Made by a program: the position numbers and the translations under genes. Source: Vicinamibacterales bacterium (GTDB taxonomy: Bacteria; Acidobacteriota; Vicinamibacteria; Vicinamibacterales; JAMQPK01). Taken from it: a stretch of 64,000 nt of DNA. The stretch covers positions 120,641-184,640 of the forward strand of contig CAWAKJ010000003.1 in assembly GCA_963782595.1 (NCBI GenBank). Direction: 5' to 3'. The first letter of the stretch is position 1. Each line of letters begins with the position of its first letter. The notes under the pieces were generated by a model. It was given only the letters and a program-made list of their open reading frames with translations, did no database searches and was not told the DNA's origin. This document shows positions 30,580-39,570 of the stretch, piece after piece.

Positions 30580-31635
30580 CTAACCCAGGCGCTTATAGAT
30601 GAGCCGGCCCGTGAGATCGAGGGCCGCATCAGGCAGGTGGGCACACACGCCGCGAGCGGCCCGCGACATCCAGTCGCGGCGGGCCGCGTGGTGCGACCTC
30701 GCGCGCGAGCCGTAGTAGGTCAACGTCCAGCGGGTCCCACCCAGATGGTCCTTGAACGCTACCAGCCCAGGTTGATCGAGGTCCGAGCGGCCGAGGTCCA
30801 TCTCGACGAACCCACCGGCACGCGCGTCCTGAATGACGCGCCAGAACAGGAATGGCATGCCGCCAAGACGGTGATGCGCCGCGTCCGACCCGCCGTACTT
30901 GTAGTAAATCGTCTTCCTTGCCGACAGTGTCAGGATGGTCGCAATAGCCTCACCATCCTTATTAACAGCGGCGTGGACGGCGACTCTCTCGCCCAGACAC
31001 GAGACCAGGTTGCGAAACCAGGCGAACGGTTGCGGCGGCAATCCGTGACGCCGGCGCGTCATCCGCAACAGGCGGTAAAAACTCGCAAGCAATCGGTCGG
31101 ACGTTCCCGTCTCGTAGGTCAGCCCTTCGCGCTCTGCCCGGCGGACAGCCCTTTGAGTGCTGGAGTGATGCATCCGTCCGAAGATCTCCGCCACCGAGCC
31201 TCGCAGGTCGAGCTGATGCTGGTGGTACTCGGCGCCACGTTCGAGACCTCCTGCACCCGCCGCAATTTCGAACGGGCGGCCGGCGTGTCGCGGACGCAAC
31301 TCGACCGACTGGCAGCCGGATGTTCGCGCGTGAGCGCAAAGGAGCGCGAGCATCTCGGACAAGTCGTCTGTTCCATCCACCAGGGGATCGCAATGATCGG
31401 AGAACGGCAGCGATACCAGCCTGTGCGACGTCCATCCCTTCACGCGGCATGCCACTAATCCGTTGTTCAGTACCGGACCCGGCGATGTGGTTACCACGAA
31501 TGGCTCGTACCCATAAGTCTGTCGGAGCGCGCGCAGCCATCCTGGCGAGTGGAAGATCGAAGCCGCCGGATGCCGGTCCAGTAGCTCGGACCAGCGCGGA
31601 TCGCCAATCGGGTCTTCGACGATCTCTACGGCCAT
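30580..31635 (-). CDS. FemAB-related protein, PEP-CTERM-locus type (GNAT fold)
   Basis: 351 aa. 'DPRWSELLDRHPAASIFHSPGWLRALRQTYGYEP' N-terminus and 'YYKYGGSDAAHHRLGGMPFLFWRVIQDA' are typical of FemAB-like/BioF2-like acyltransferases in exosortase loci. Confidence 0.65.
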   Translation of the reverse strand: MAVEIVEDPIGDPRWSELLDRHPAASIFHSPGWLRALRQTYGYEPFVVTTSPGPVLNNGLVACRVKGWTSHRLVSLPFSDHCDPLVDGTDDLSEMLALLCAHARTSGCQSVELRPRHAGRPFEIAAGAGGLERGAEYHQHQLDLRGSVAEIFGRMHHSSTQRAVRRAEREGLTYETGTSDRLLASFYRLLRMTRRRHGLPPQPFAWFRNLVSCLGERVAVHAAVNKDGEAIATILTLSARKTIYYKYGGSDAAHHRLGGMPFLFWRVIQDARAGGFVEMDLGRSDLDQPGLVAFKDHLGGTRWTLTYYGSRARSHHAARRDWMSRAARGVCAHLPDAALDLTGRLIYKRLG

Positions 31636-31639
31636 CGCA

Positions 31640-33016
31640 TTACGTTACGGGGTTCGCCAGAACTGACGCGTCGCCAACGGCGGCGAACTGATACACCACG
31701 CGATCGCCTTCAAGGGTGGCGTACGCCACGCGCGCGCGATGACTGCCAGGGCCTTCGATTCGCCACCCATCATCCGAAGGCGCGAGCTTCATCTCGCGCC
31801 GATCTCGCCACCACCGATTGATTTCGCCCGGCAGCGTCAGCCAGAGGCCTTTTCGCTCGCGAAGATCGGTCAGGTGGCGCACCAGACCGAGGTAGACGTC
31901 GCGCTCGCGCGAGCCCGCCACGTAGTCAGGATGAGTGATCACGCTGACCAATCCATGGTGCTCGCTGATCAATCGAATCTGCTCTTTCCAGAGCGTCGTC
32001 GAATAGTCGTTCAGGATGTAGAACAGCGAGTAGTCCTGAATGGTCGTCAACGGAAGCTCGAGGATGTCGCCGACGAAATACGGCATCACCGTGCAGCATC
32101 CGCCACGCTGCGGCTCGAGGTGCGCCGCATTGGGCACGGACATGTCATACGAGAACTCGAATGCCCCGAACCAGTCCTGCTCGCGGTACATCGCTCCGGA
32201 ACGGAAACCGTTGCATCCGAATTCACGAGCGTGTTCGTTTATCCGCCGGGCCTGGCGCAAGAAGGCTTCCTTGCCGGCAAACAACTGTCCGTCGTGGTTG
32301 AGGTCGTGCAGGTTCACCTCGAAGCCGCGTTGACGCAACCGTGCAGCGGTGCGGCGCCACACGTCTTCGCGGCCCTCCGGAATCAACTGGAACGACGACT
32401 TCACGCCATACGCGTCGTCGATGTCCATCAGCTCGTCGCAGAAATCGAGGCCCGGCTGCCCCTCGATATCGTGGGTCATCATCCCGCACGCCGAGGCGCC
32501 GTCTGGCCAGAACCAGATGAATGGAATTCGCGATGTCGGCTGCGTCTTCAGCGCGAGCCTCATTGCGCTCTCCATCAGCACATCGACGGTGACATCGACG
32601 GGCCACTTGGGAAATGGAATCTTGTCCCAGCCGTTCAGGTGCGCCTTCTGCAGGTGCTTTCGAACGCCTACTCCCATGAACGGCCGAATGGAATAGTAGA
32701 GACGCCGGGCCGTTCCCCCGGCAGAGGTCTTCTGCAGCCAGTTGAAGCCATTTTGCCGGTATCGTTCCTCCCTCAGGTTTGTCGCGACCTCCGAGAGATC
32801 GAAAGGCAGGGAGGGCCGCCCTTCAGACACCGTCACGGCGTCCGAGATGTCGGAGAGTGGATCGTCGGCATACCCCGCCGGTTGACCGCCGGCAAATCGC
32901 CCAAACGCGACAGCATCACCAAATCTGAAATAACCCTCTCGCGGAGAGAGTTCGAGCTGTGTCCCGATTGACGCCAGATTGGCGGGGCAGCGGTAGTAGT
33001 CGAGAAACGCGTTCAT
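31640..33016 (-). CDS. Conserved hypothetical protein, polysaccharide-deacetylase-like (CE4-like) core
   Basis: 458 aa. 'FIWFWPDGASACGMMTHDIEGQPGLDF' and 'EVNLHDLNHDG' resemble CE4 Asp/His motifs. The N-terminal 'YYRCP' region has no function I recognise. Confidence 0.5.
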   Translation of the reverse strand: MNAFLDYYRCPANLASIGTQLELSPREGYFRFGDAVAFGRFAGGQPAGYADDPLSDISDAVTVSEGRPSLPFDLSEVATNLREERYRQNGFNWLQKTSAGGTARRLYYSIRPFMGVGVRKHLQKAHLNGWDKIPFPKWPVDVTVDVLMESAMRLALKTQPTSRIPFIWFWPDGASACGMMTHDIEGQPGLDFCDELMDIDDAYGVKSSFQLIPEGREDVWRRTAARLRQRGFEVNLHDLNHDGQLFAGKEAFLRQARRINEHAREFGCNGFRSGAMYREQDWFGAFEFSYDMSVPNAAHLEPQRGGCCTVMPYFVGDILELPLTTIQDYSLFYILNDYSTTLWKEQIRLISEHHGLVSVITHPDYVAGSRERDVYLGLVRHLTDLRERKGLWLTLPGEINRWWRDRREMKLAPSDDGWRIEGPGSHRARVAYATLEGDRVVYQFAAVGDASVLANPVT

Positions 33017-33028
33017 GAGCCGATCGAA

Positions 33029-34112
33029 CTACAGCACGATGACCCGGCCGCGATCCTTCAGGGACTGCTCGGCGGCTTCCAGCAGACGAACAACACGCAA
33101 GCCGGCAATCCCGTCGTTCGAGGGCGTCTTGCCTTCGAGAATGCAGTCGACGAAATATCCCAGCTCGACAGACAGCGCTTCGGTCGCGTCAACCTTGGGA
33201 GCCCAGACATCGCCCGATCGGTAACTGACCAGCAGATCGTAGACGCTCTGGCCGTTGGTGATGTTGACGCCCTTGTCGTACACCTTGATCTTCTCGTCGG
33301 GCTCGAGGTCGTTCCAGACGAGCATCTTGTCGCGACCGCCAATCAGCGTCGTGCGAACTTTCACCGGAGACAGCCAGTTGACGTTGATGTGCGCCGTGAC
33401 ATTTCCTGGAAAAAACACCGTGATGTAGGCCATGTCGGCCAGGTCGTTGAAGTGATTGCCTCCCGTGGCCGCCACCGCTTCGGGCTGCTCCCGGAAGATG
33501 TAATCCATGATGGACAGATCGTGCGGCGCGAGATCCCAGACAACGCTCACGTCGTGCTGAAAGAGGCCGAGGTTGACCCGGGTGGAATCGAAGTAGTAGA
33601 GCTGGCCCAGGGTGCCGTTGTCGACGAGCTCGCGAATCTTCCGGACCGCGCCGCTGAAGAGGAAGGTGTGGTCCACCATGATTCGCAGGTTCTTCCTGCT
33701 TGCCAGCTCGATGAGCTCGATCGCTTGCGCGGAGGTCGCCGTGAACGGTTTTTCCACGAAGACGTGTTTGCCGTTTTCGAGCGCCTGTCTTCGCCAGGTC
33801 GAAATGCGTCCAGACGGGCGTGACGATCGCGACGGCATCGACGTGCGGCGATTCGAGCACGTCGGCAAAATCGGTCGTCAGCTGAACGGCCGGATACGAT
33901 TTCTGGGCGCGTTTCAGCGCTTTCACGTTCCTGTCGCAGACCGACACGACCTCGCAGCGGTCGAGCGCGCTCAGGTTTCTGACGATGTTCGGGCCCCAGT
34001 ACCCGTACCCAATCACGCCAACGCGAATCGCATCTGAACTGTCGAGGTCTCGCGATTCCCGATCCGATAAGGCTGCGGCCGACAAGGCGGCAGCGGAAAA
34101 TCCGATACTCAT
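33029..34112 (-). pseudogene. Gfo/Idh/MocA-family sugar dehydrogenase (WbpB-like), frame-disrupted (+1) near 33788
   Basis: The N-terminus is in ORF 33189..34112 ('IRVGVIGYGYWGPNIVRNL...VAIVTPVWTHFDLAK'). The continuation 'QALENGKHVFVEKPFTATSAQA...' is in ORF 33029..33868. Skipping one A restores 'LAKQALENGKHVFVEKP'. Confidence 0.8.
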
Positions 34113-34615
34113 AGGGGTTCCTCTGGTTGGGGACGTGAACGAAGGATCCGTGCTGGATTGCCTGCGACGACCGCGCCCGCAGGCACGTCGCGCGTCACGA
34201 CGCTGCCGGCGCCGACCATGGCCCCTTCTCCGATGGTCACCTTCGACAGGATCGTCGCGCCCGATCCGATCGATGCGCCTTTCTTGACGAGCGTGCTCTC
34301 GACCTTCCAGTCGTCAGCTGTCTGCAGGTCACCCGCCGCTGTCGTCGCTCTCGGGTGCGAATCGTTGATGAACATCACGCCGTGGCCGATGAACACCTGA
34401 TCTTCGATCGTGACACCCTCGCAGATGAACGTGTGGCTGGAGACTTTGCATCGCCGTCCCACTCTGGCATTTTTCTGAATCTCGACGAACGCGCCGATCT
34501 TCGTTTCGTCGCCGATCTCGCATCCGTACAGGTTGATGAACCTGGCGAGCTTGACGTCTCTTCCGAGCTTGACGTCCGGGGCGATGCACAGATAGTCAGA
34601 CGAAGACTGAATCAT
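34109..34615 (-). CDS. Left-handed beta-helix (hexapeptide-repeat) N-acetyltransferase (WbpD-like)
   Basis: 168 aa of hexapeptide repeats: 'IGDETKIGAFVEIQKNARVGRRCKVSSHTFI' and 'IGSGATILSKVTIGEGAMVGAGSVV'. Confidence 0.8.
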   Translation of the reverse strand: MIQSSSDYLCIAPDVKLGRDVKLARFINLYGCEIGDETKIGAFVEIQKNARVGRRCKVSSHTFICEGVTIEDQVFIGHGVMFINDSHPRATTAAGDLQTADDWKVESTLVKKGASIGSGATILSKVTIGEGAMVGAGSVVTRDVPAGAVVAGNPARILRSRPQPEEPL

Positions 34616-34624
34616 GGGTTGAAT

Positions 34625-35269
34625 CTAGTGCGCTCCTTTTCCTGAAATGACCGCGCGCGGCGTGGCCAGCAGAATCTTGATGTCGGTCCACACTGAGTAG
34701 TTTCTGGCGTAGCGAAGATCCAGCCGAACCATCTCGTCGAACGTCGTCTGGCTTCGCCCAGTGACCTGCCAGAGACCGGTGATGCCGGGTTTCGCTTCGA
34801 GCAGACGGCGACGGTGCCAGCGTTTGTACCGCGCCACTTCGTACAGCAGCGGTGGGCGTGGGCCGACAAGGGACATGTCTCCCGTCAGCACGTTCCAGAA
34901 CTGCGGGAACTCGTCGAGGCTCGATCTGCGAAGCAAGTGTCCCAGCGGCGTCACGCGCGGATCGTCCACGATCTTGAACACCACGTTCGTCCGGGGTTCG
35001 GCCGACGCGCTGGACTGGATGAAGTTCTCGACGTATTGCTGATGAATCCGATGGTCGGCATTCACGTGCATGGTGCGGAACTTGAACATCGAAAACGTTC
35101 GGCCTGCCTCTCCGACACGCTGTTGCCTGTAGAACACGGGCCCCTTCGATGTGAGCTTGACAAGCGCTGAAACGAACAGAAACACGGGCGAAAATGCGAT
35201 CAGCAACGCCGTGCTGCCCGCGATGTCCAGCGCCCGCTTTGCGGCCCTCCTGGCCCCTTCTTCGCGCAT
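34625..35269 (-). CDS. Bacterial sugar transferase (polyprenyl-phosphate hexose-1-phosphate transferase, small type)
   Basis: 'KRALDIAGSTALLIAFSPVFLFVSALVKLTSKGPVFYRQQRVG' and 'DEFPQFWNVLTGDMSLVGPRP'. The ATG at 35269 lies 7 nt after the TGA of the preceding ORF. The track ORF extends to 35533 over that ORF. Confidence 0.8.
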   Translation of the reverse strand: MREEGARRAAKRALDIAGSTALLIAFSPVFLFVSALVKLTSKGPVFYRQQRVGEAGRTFSMFKFRTMHVNADHRIHQQYVENFIQSSASAEPRTNVVFKIVDDPRVTPLGHLLRRSSLDEFPQFWNVLTGDMSLVGPRPPLLYEVARYKRWHRRRLLEAKPGITGLWQVTGRSQTTFDEMVRLDLRYARNYSVWTDIKILLATPRAVISGKGAH

Positions 35270-35276
35270 TCGCCGG

Positions 35277-35666
35277 TCACCGGCGCCTTCGAACAACACC
35301 GGCGGGATAAGGTCGCGGTGAGGGGAGCAGACCTCCAGCCGTATCGAGCACCAGCTCATGTTCTCGCGCGTCAGCCAGCGGAGCAGCTTCCTGCTGGATC
35401 GAGGAAGCGACAGTCGTCGCGGTGTCCGCCGGACCGCAATCGTCGAGGGAGCGAATGAGGCCGAGGACAGCCCCGTCCTCGAACCATCCGATGAGGTCGG
35501 CATCGAGCGTCGATTGCGACAGGTTCTCGACAAAGTTCGCCCGTCGCGCCTGCGGTGCGTTGCGTCTGTCGAGGGAAATGAGCACCAGGACGAATGCGTC
35601 TTCGAACCGGTCCGCCCGCTTGCGCTCTCGGATGAGCGCGTCCCTGAAGAGCTTCTCGCTGAGCAC
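35277..35666 (-). CDS. Small hypothetical protein P1 (paralog of 35758..36192); weak degenerate GGDEF-like pattern
   Basis: 'LFRDALIRERKRADRFEDAFVLVLISLD...DLIGWFEDGAVLGLI' aligns with the paralog's 'AFRHFLAVERTRAERSQRFLYLVLVSIR...DFVGWYLERQVAAAVL'. GTG start. The domain call is only a resemblance. Confidence 0.45.
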   Translation of the reverse strand: MLSEKLFRDALIRERKRADRFEDAFVLVLISLDRRNAPQARRANFVENLSQSTLDADLIGWFEDGAVLGLIRSLDDCGPADTATTVASSIQQEAAPLADAREHELVLDTAGGLLPSPRPYPAGVVRRRR

Positions 35667-35757
35667 GTCGTGCCGCGCGACGCGCGGGCGCTCGTTGCTG
35701 TGCTGCGTACGTCGCTGCGGGCGATCGTGAATTGTTTGGAAGACTGCTCATTGAAGG

Positions 35758-36192
35758 CTACGCTCCGTTCCTGCCGCCGAGGCGGATGATGCGCACCCGC
35801 AGATTGCGCGAATCTGCGGATGAGAGCTGCTTCTTCAGTTCGACGAGCACTCTGTCCGCGATGATGGATGCCGCTCCGTCGGCCGCGTTCACGCCTTGCG
35901 CCAGCACGGCTGCCGCGACCTGCCTTTCCAGGTACCAGCCCACGAAGTCAACTTCGCGCACCGCCGCACCCAGGCCCCGAAGAAGCGCGGTCGCCGTGAA
36001 GTATGTAAGCTTCGCGCGGCGGCCAGGGTGCTGCCTGATGGAGACCAGAACAAGGTAGAGAAACCGCTGCGAACGTTCGGCGCGCGTGCGCTCGACAGCC
36101 AGGAAATGCCTGAATGCCGGCTTCGTTGTAGGCCAGACAGACCTGTCCGCTGCGAAACCTGACACGGAATGGGATCGAGTCGAGCGCCACAC
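35758..36192 (-). CDS. Small hypothetical protein P2 (paralog of 35277..35666)
   Basis: See P1. 144-aa ORF between the BY-kinase and P1. Composition is normal for coding sequence in this genome. Confidence 0.45.
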   Translation of the reverse strand: MWRSTRSHSVSGFAADRSVWPTTKPAFRHFLAVERTRAERSQRFLYLVLVSIRQHPGRRAKLTYFTATALLRGLGAAVREVDFVGWYLERQVAAAVLAQGVNAADGAASIIADRVLVELKKQLSSADSRNLRVRIIRLGGRNGA

Positions 36193-36210
36193 TCGTGTGA
36201 TGGGTTGGGA

Positions 36211-37080
36211 TCAGCGCCTGGAGCGCGGCGCGCCGTACTGACTGTAGTAGCCGGCATCCGCAATACGACGCTCTTCGACGCAGTTCAACACGGTTCCTGT
36301 AATCGCTTCCGGCCCGCCAAGCTCGGCGACTGCCCGCTCGATGGCGGCGGCCGGCGTCGAGCCGGCACAGATCACCAGGAGGACCTCGCCGACGAGCCGT
36401 GCGAGAACCTGGGCATCCGTCAGCACTCCGACGGGGGGCGTGTCGATGAGTACCCAGTCAAAGCGTGCGGCGCATTTTTCGAGCACTTCCCTCATACGCC
36501 GCGAGCTCAGGCCGACCAACGGCGTCGGGCCCGGCTTTCCGGCCGTCAAGGCGCTCAAGCGCTCCGACGCTTCGGTGAATGGCAGCTCATGATGACCGTC
36601 CAGAAGCGCTTCGCTCAGGCCGCGCTCGTTCGGAATATCCAGAATGGTGTGCAGCGATGGGCAGCGGAGGTCGGCGTCAATTACGAGCACCCGGCGCCCG
36701 TACGACTCGCTGAGGGTAAGAGCGAGGTTGACAACTGTGAGCGTTTTGCCTTCATGCGGCAACGCGCTGGTGATCATCACGGTTTTCGTGTGGTTCTGCG
36801 CCTGCGCCTCGTGCAGCATCGCCCCAAGCCTGCGGTACTGCTCGAGCGAAAGAGTACTCGATGCGCCCGTGACCAGGCGGGCCTGAAGATCCGCGTCTTG
36901 GTGCAGCTTCCGCCTCGGCATTTCTACCGTTTCTGCGGGGGAGTCCGGAACGTGTTGTTCTACGTCCTCGTGCCCATACTGACTCAGCGGCGCGAATTGA
37001 CCCGGCTGGAACGGAATGACCTCGGCACTGGCGCCGTCCGCGCCTTCGGAAATTCTCAGCGCTTCGTCGATTCGGCTCAT
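36211..37080 (-). CDS. Bacterial tyrosine (BY) autokinase-like P-loop ATPase, cytosolic type
   Basis: Walker A 'SALPHEGKT', Walker A' 'VLVIDADLR', Walker B 'DWVLIDTPP' and a Tyr-containing tail 'AGYYSQYG'. ATGA overlap with the upstream gene. Confidence 0.8.
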   Translation of the reverse strand: MSRIDEALRISEGADGASAEVIPFQPGQFAPLSQYGHEDVEQHVPDSPAETVEMPRRKLHQDADLQARLVTGASSTLSLEQYRRLGAMLHEAQAQNHTKTVMITSALPHEGKTLTVVNLALTLSESYGRRVLVIDADLRCPSLHTILDIPNERGLSEALLDGHHELPFTEASERLSALTAGKPGPTPLVGLSSRRMREVLEKCAARFDWVLIDTPPVGVLTDAQVLARLVGEVLLVICAGSTPAAAIERAVAELGGPEAITGTVLNCVEERRIADAGYYSQYGAPRSRR

Positions 37081-39551
37081 TTGGCGATGATCGCCCGCGG
37101 CGCCTCACGACGCTGCCTCACGACCGATGCTGCGGCTGAGGGGCGCTCTCCGCCGCCGGTCAGATGAAGATCGTGGCAAACCTCGACGACGATGGCCCGG
37201 TCGACGGGTTGGCGTCCGAGCGCCATACCGCTAATCAGGGCGTTGTCGCAGATCACGCTGACCATTCTCGGAATGCCACCCGAATATTGATGAATGAGCA
37301 TGACGGCCTCCCGGCTGAAGATGCTCAAGGGCTCGCCGCCGGCCTTCCGAATCCGGCTCGCGATGTAGGCACCCGTCTCGACCAGGTCGAAGGGCTCGAG
37401 CTCGCATCGCAGCGCCACGCGCTGCTTCAGTTGCCGCAGGTTCGGCTCCTCGAGCCGGGCTCCCAACTCCGGTTGCCCCGCCAGGATCAACGGCAGCAGC
37501 TTGGTCGAGTGTGTTTCGATGTTCGCGAGTAGACGTACCTCCTCGAGCAGATCGACGCTGAGGCTCTGGGCTTCGTCGATCACGAGCGCCGTGATCTCCC
37601 CGCAGGCGTGACGTTCTCGAAGCAGCCGCTCGAGACGCTCGAGCAGGAGCGGCTTCGACTCACCGGATTCGGGACCCAGATCGAACTTGAGCGCGAGCAG
37701 CCGCATGAAGTCGTCCGTGCGACCGACAGGATTATTCAGGTAGACGCAACGGACCTGGCGGCACCTCTCGGACTCGAGCGCTGCCCGGAGGAGCGTCGTC
37801 TTGCCGGTTCCGGCCTCGCCAATCAACAGCGTGAGAGAACGTGCCGACAGGAGCCCGTACTGCAGATTGCTGAGCGCCTCGCGCTGTCTCTTCGTGAGGA
37901 ACAGGTAATTCGGATCTGCGGTGAGCTCGAATGGCCGCTCGGACAGGCCATAGAAACGCTCGTACGTCGGACGAGCCGCAGCTACGACTGGAATCGCCAT
38001 ACCACCACCACCGCGGCCGCTGCCAGCAGAAGCGCCGTGCCGCCTGCGTCTATCGCCAATCTGCGACAGTTTCGCCTTCCGGCGTTCACGCCTGGAAACC
38101 ATCACGGGAATCGATGCGAGCACGGGTAACGAGAGTGCCTCGAGTACCTCTTCCGCGCACCTGAAGCTCGAGTCCCGGCGCTCGAGCAGCCAGACACCAA
38201 GGAGGCCCAGCACGAGTCCGGCGGTGGCGCCCGACGAGAGGACCGCCAGGCGCTGGAGCTGGTTGTCGGGTCGCTCGGGTCGCGACGCGACGTCAACCAG
38301 GCGGAACTGCTCGCCGATCTGGCGCCGTTCGAGGTTCGCGGCGATGACGGAGTCTTCCCGTTTCATGAGAAGACTCATGTACGCGGTCTGCATGGTGCTG
38401 TAGTCACGAGTCAACTCGACAAGCTCGGATTCCCTCGTTGGAACAGCGTCTACCTTTGCCTGGTACTCCTCGATGGTCTGCTTCAGACGCGTCTCTTCGT
38501 TCCGGTTGGCCGCGAGTTGAAAATCAAGAACGGTCAGCTCAGCTTGGAAATCGCGAATCCTCTTCTGCTGCGCCGCCTCGGCTGATGTCACGGGCCTCTC
38601 ACGCGTCGATTGGGTGCCGTCTGCCGCGACCTCGCTCTCCATTCGGGCGGTCAGTTCGGCAACCAGACGCTCGAGGCTGACGACTTCGGGATGGTCCGCT
38701 GTGTAGCGCTGCAGAACGCTCTCGAGACGCGCGCGCGCGAGCTCGAGTTGTTGTGCCGTGAGCTGAGCAGGCACATCATCTGGTCCCGGCGCCGGCGGAG
38801 TCGCGGGCACGGGGGACAATGCCAGCGTGTCGGCGAGTTGCCGCTCGATGAGCAACCGCCGTTCCTGGGCGCGATTGGTCGATTCGTTCAGGGATTGCAG
38901 CTGCAGGTTGGCGTTTTGAATCGCCTGCAGATTTCCCTGCAGTTGCGTAGGCATCTGTCCTGCGTGGCTCTTGCGATATTCCTCGAGCTTCTTTTCCTGT
39001 TCGATGAGACGCCGCTTCGCTTCTGCGAGCTGCGTGTCCAGAAACTCGCTGGTGCTGTCGGCCTGGGCCTCGCGATCTTTCGAGTTCTGATCGATGTAGA
39101 GCGAGGCCAATCGCTCGGTCACCTTCCGTGCTGTTTCGGGATTGTTGCTGACGTAGCTCACGCGAAAAGAGTCAATGTTCATCCCCGTCCCGCTGGTCCT
39201 GACGTCGCGCCGCATCATCTGGACGACATCCTCCATGACGCCGCGTGCCCGCTCAGTCTGGTAGAGATCCATTTCCTGGATGATGCGCTCGAGCCGGGAA
39301 CGGCTGAGAATCTGGTCCGTGATGGCGGGAAGGCGCTCTTCGACGGACTCGCTCACGGTCGGCTTGACGTAGTTATCGGGGACCTGCTGCGGAATCACGA
39401 CAATCAACGCCTCGGAGCGATACCGTTCGGGAGCATGGCGCGCGAGGAGCGGTGCGATCGCCACGCCGAGCGCGAACGGGACGAGAATGAGCCATCGACG
39501 TTGGGCGATCACGCTGGCGATCTCGCTGAGCGAATATTTTCTGACGGACAT
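37077..39551 (-). CDS. Fusion ORF: Wzz-like polysaccharide chain-length determinant (N-terminal, ~500 aa) plus ExeA-like AAA ATPase (C-terminal, ~300 aa)
   Basis: The N-terminus has TM1 'RRWLILVPFALGVAIAPLL', a long coiled-coil and TM2 'LAVLSSGATAGLVLGLLGVWLL'. After a basic/Gly linker comes 'YERFYGLSERPFELTADPNYLF', Walker A 'LIGEAGTGKTTLL' and Walker B 'ALVIDEAQSL'. Confidence 0.75.
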   Translation of the reverse strand: MSVRKYSLSEIASVIAQRRWLILVPFALGVAIAPLLARHAPERYRSEALIVVIPQQVPDNYVKPTVSESVEERLPAITDQILSRSRLERIIQEMDLYQTERARGVMEDVVQMMRRDVRTSGTGMNIDSFRVSYVSNNPETARKVTERLASLYIDQNSKDREAQADSTSEFLDTQLAEAKRRLIEQEKKLEEYRKSHAGQMPTQLQGNLQAIQNANLQLQSLNESTNRAQERRLLIERQLADTLALSPVPATPPAPGPDDVPAQLTAQQLELARARLESVLQRYTADHPEVVSLERLVAELTARMESEVAADGTQSTRERPVTSAEAAQQKRIRDFQAELTVLDFQLAANRNEETRLKQTIEEYQAKVDAVPTRESELVELTRDYSTMQTAYMSLLMKREDSVIAANLERRQIGEQFRLVDVASRPERPDNQLQRLAVLSSGATAGLVLGLLGVWLLERRDSSFRCAEEVLEALSLPVLASIPVMVSRRERRKAKLSQIGDRRRRHGASAGSGRGGGGMAIPVVAAARPTYERFYGLSERPFELTADPNYLFLTKRQREALSNLQYGLLSARSLTLLIGEAGTGKTTLLRAALESERCRQVRCVYLNNPVGRTDDFMRLLALKFDLGPESGESKPLLLERLERLLRERHACGEITALVIDEAQSLSVDLLEEVRLLANIETHSTKLLPLILAGQPELGARLEEPNLRQLKQRVALRCELEPFDLVETGAYIASRIRKAGGEPLSIFSREAVMLIHQYSGGIPRMVSVICDNALISGMALGRQPVDRAIVVEVCHDLHLTGGGERPSAAASVVRQRREAPRAIIAK

Positions 39552-39570
39552 CCCGTCTGTCCCTGCTTTC

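Noticed and set aside
31739-32971. 410-aa plus-strand ORF opposite the CE4-like gene. Similar long antisense ORFs are at 36169-37167, 38610-39599, 7546-8505, 18215-19132 and 51975-53009.
   Set aside because: All lie opposite genes with clear family signatures, are Arg/Pro/His-rich, and break the otherwise strict single-orientation operon structure.
35270-35533. Possible eleventh frameshift fusing protein P1 to the sugar transferase (the track ORF extends to 35533)
   Set aside because: A clean TGA (35279-35277), a 7-nt gap and an ATG (35269) give a normal small-type sugar transferase starting 'MREEGARRAAKRALDIAG'. No indel needs to be invoked.
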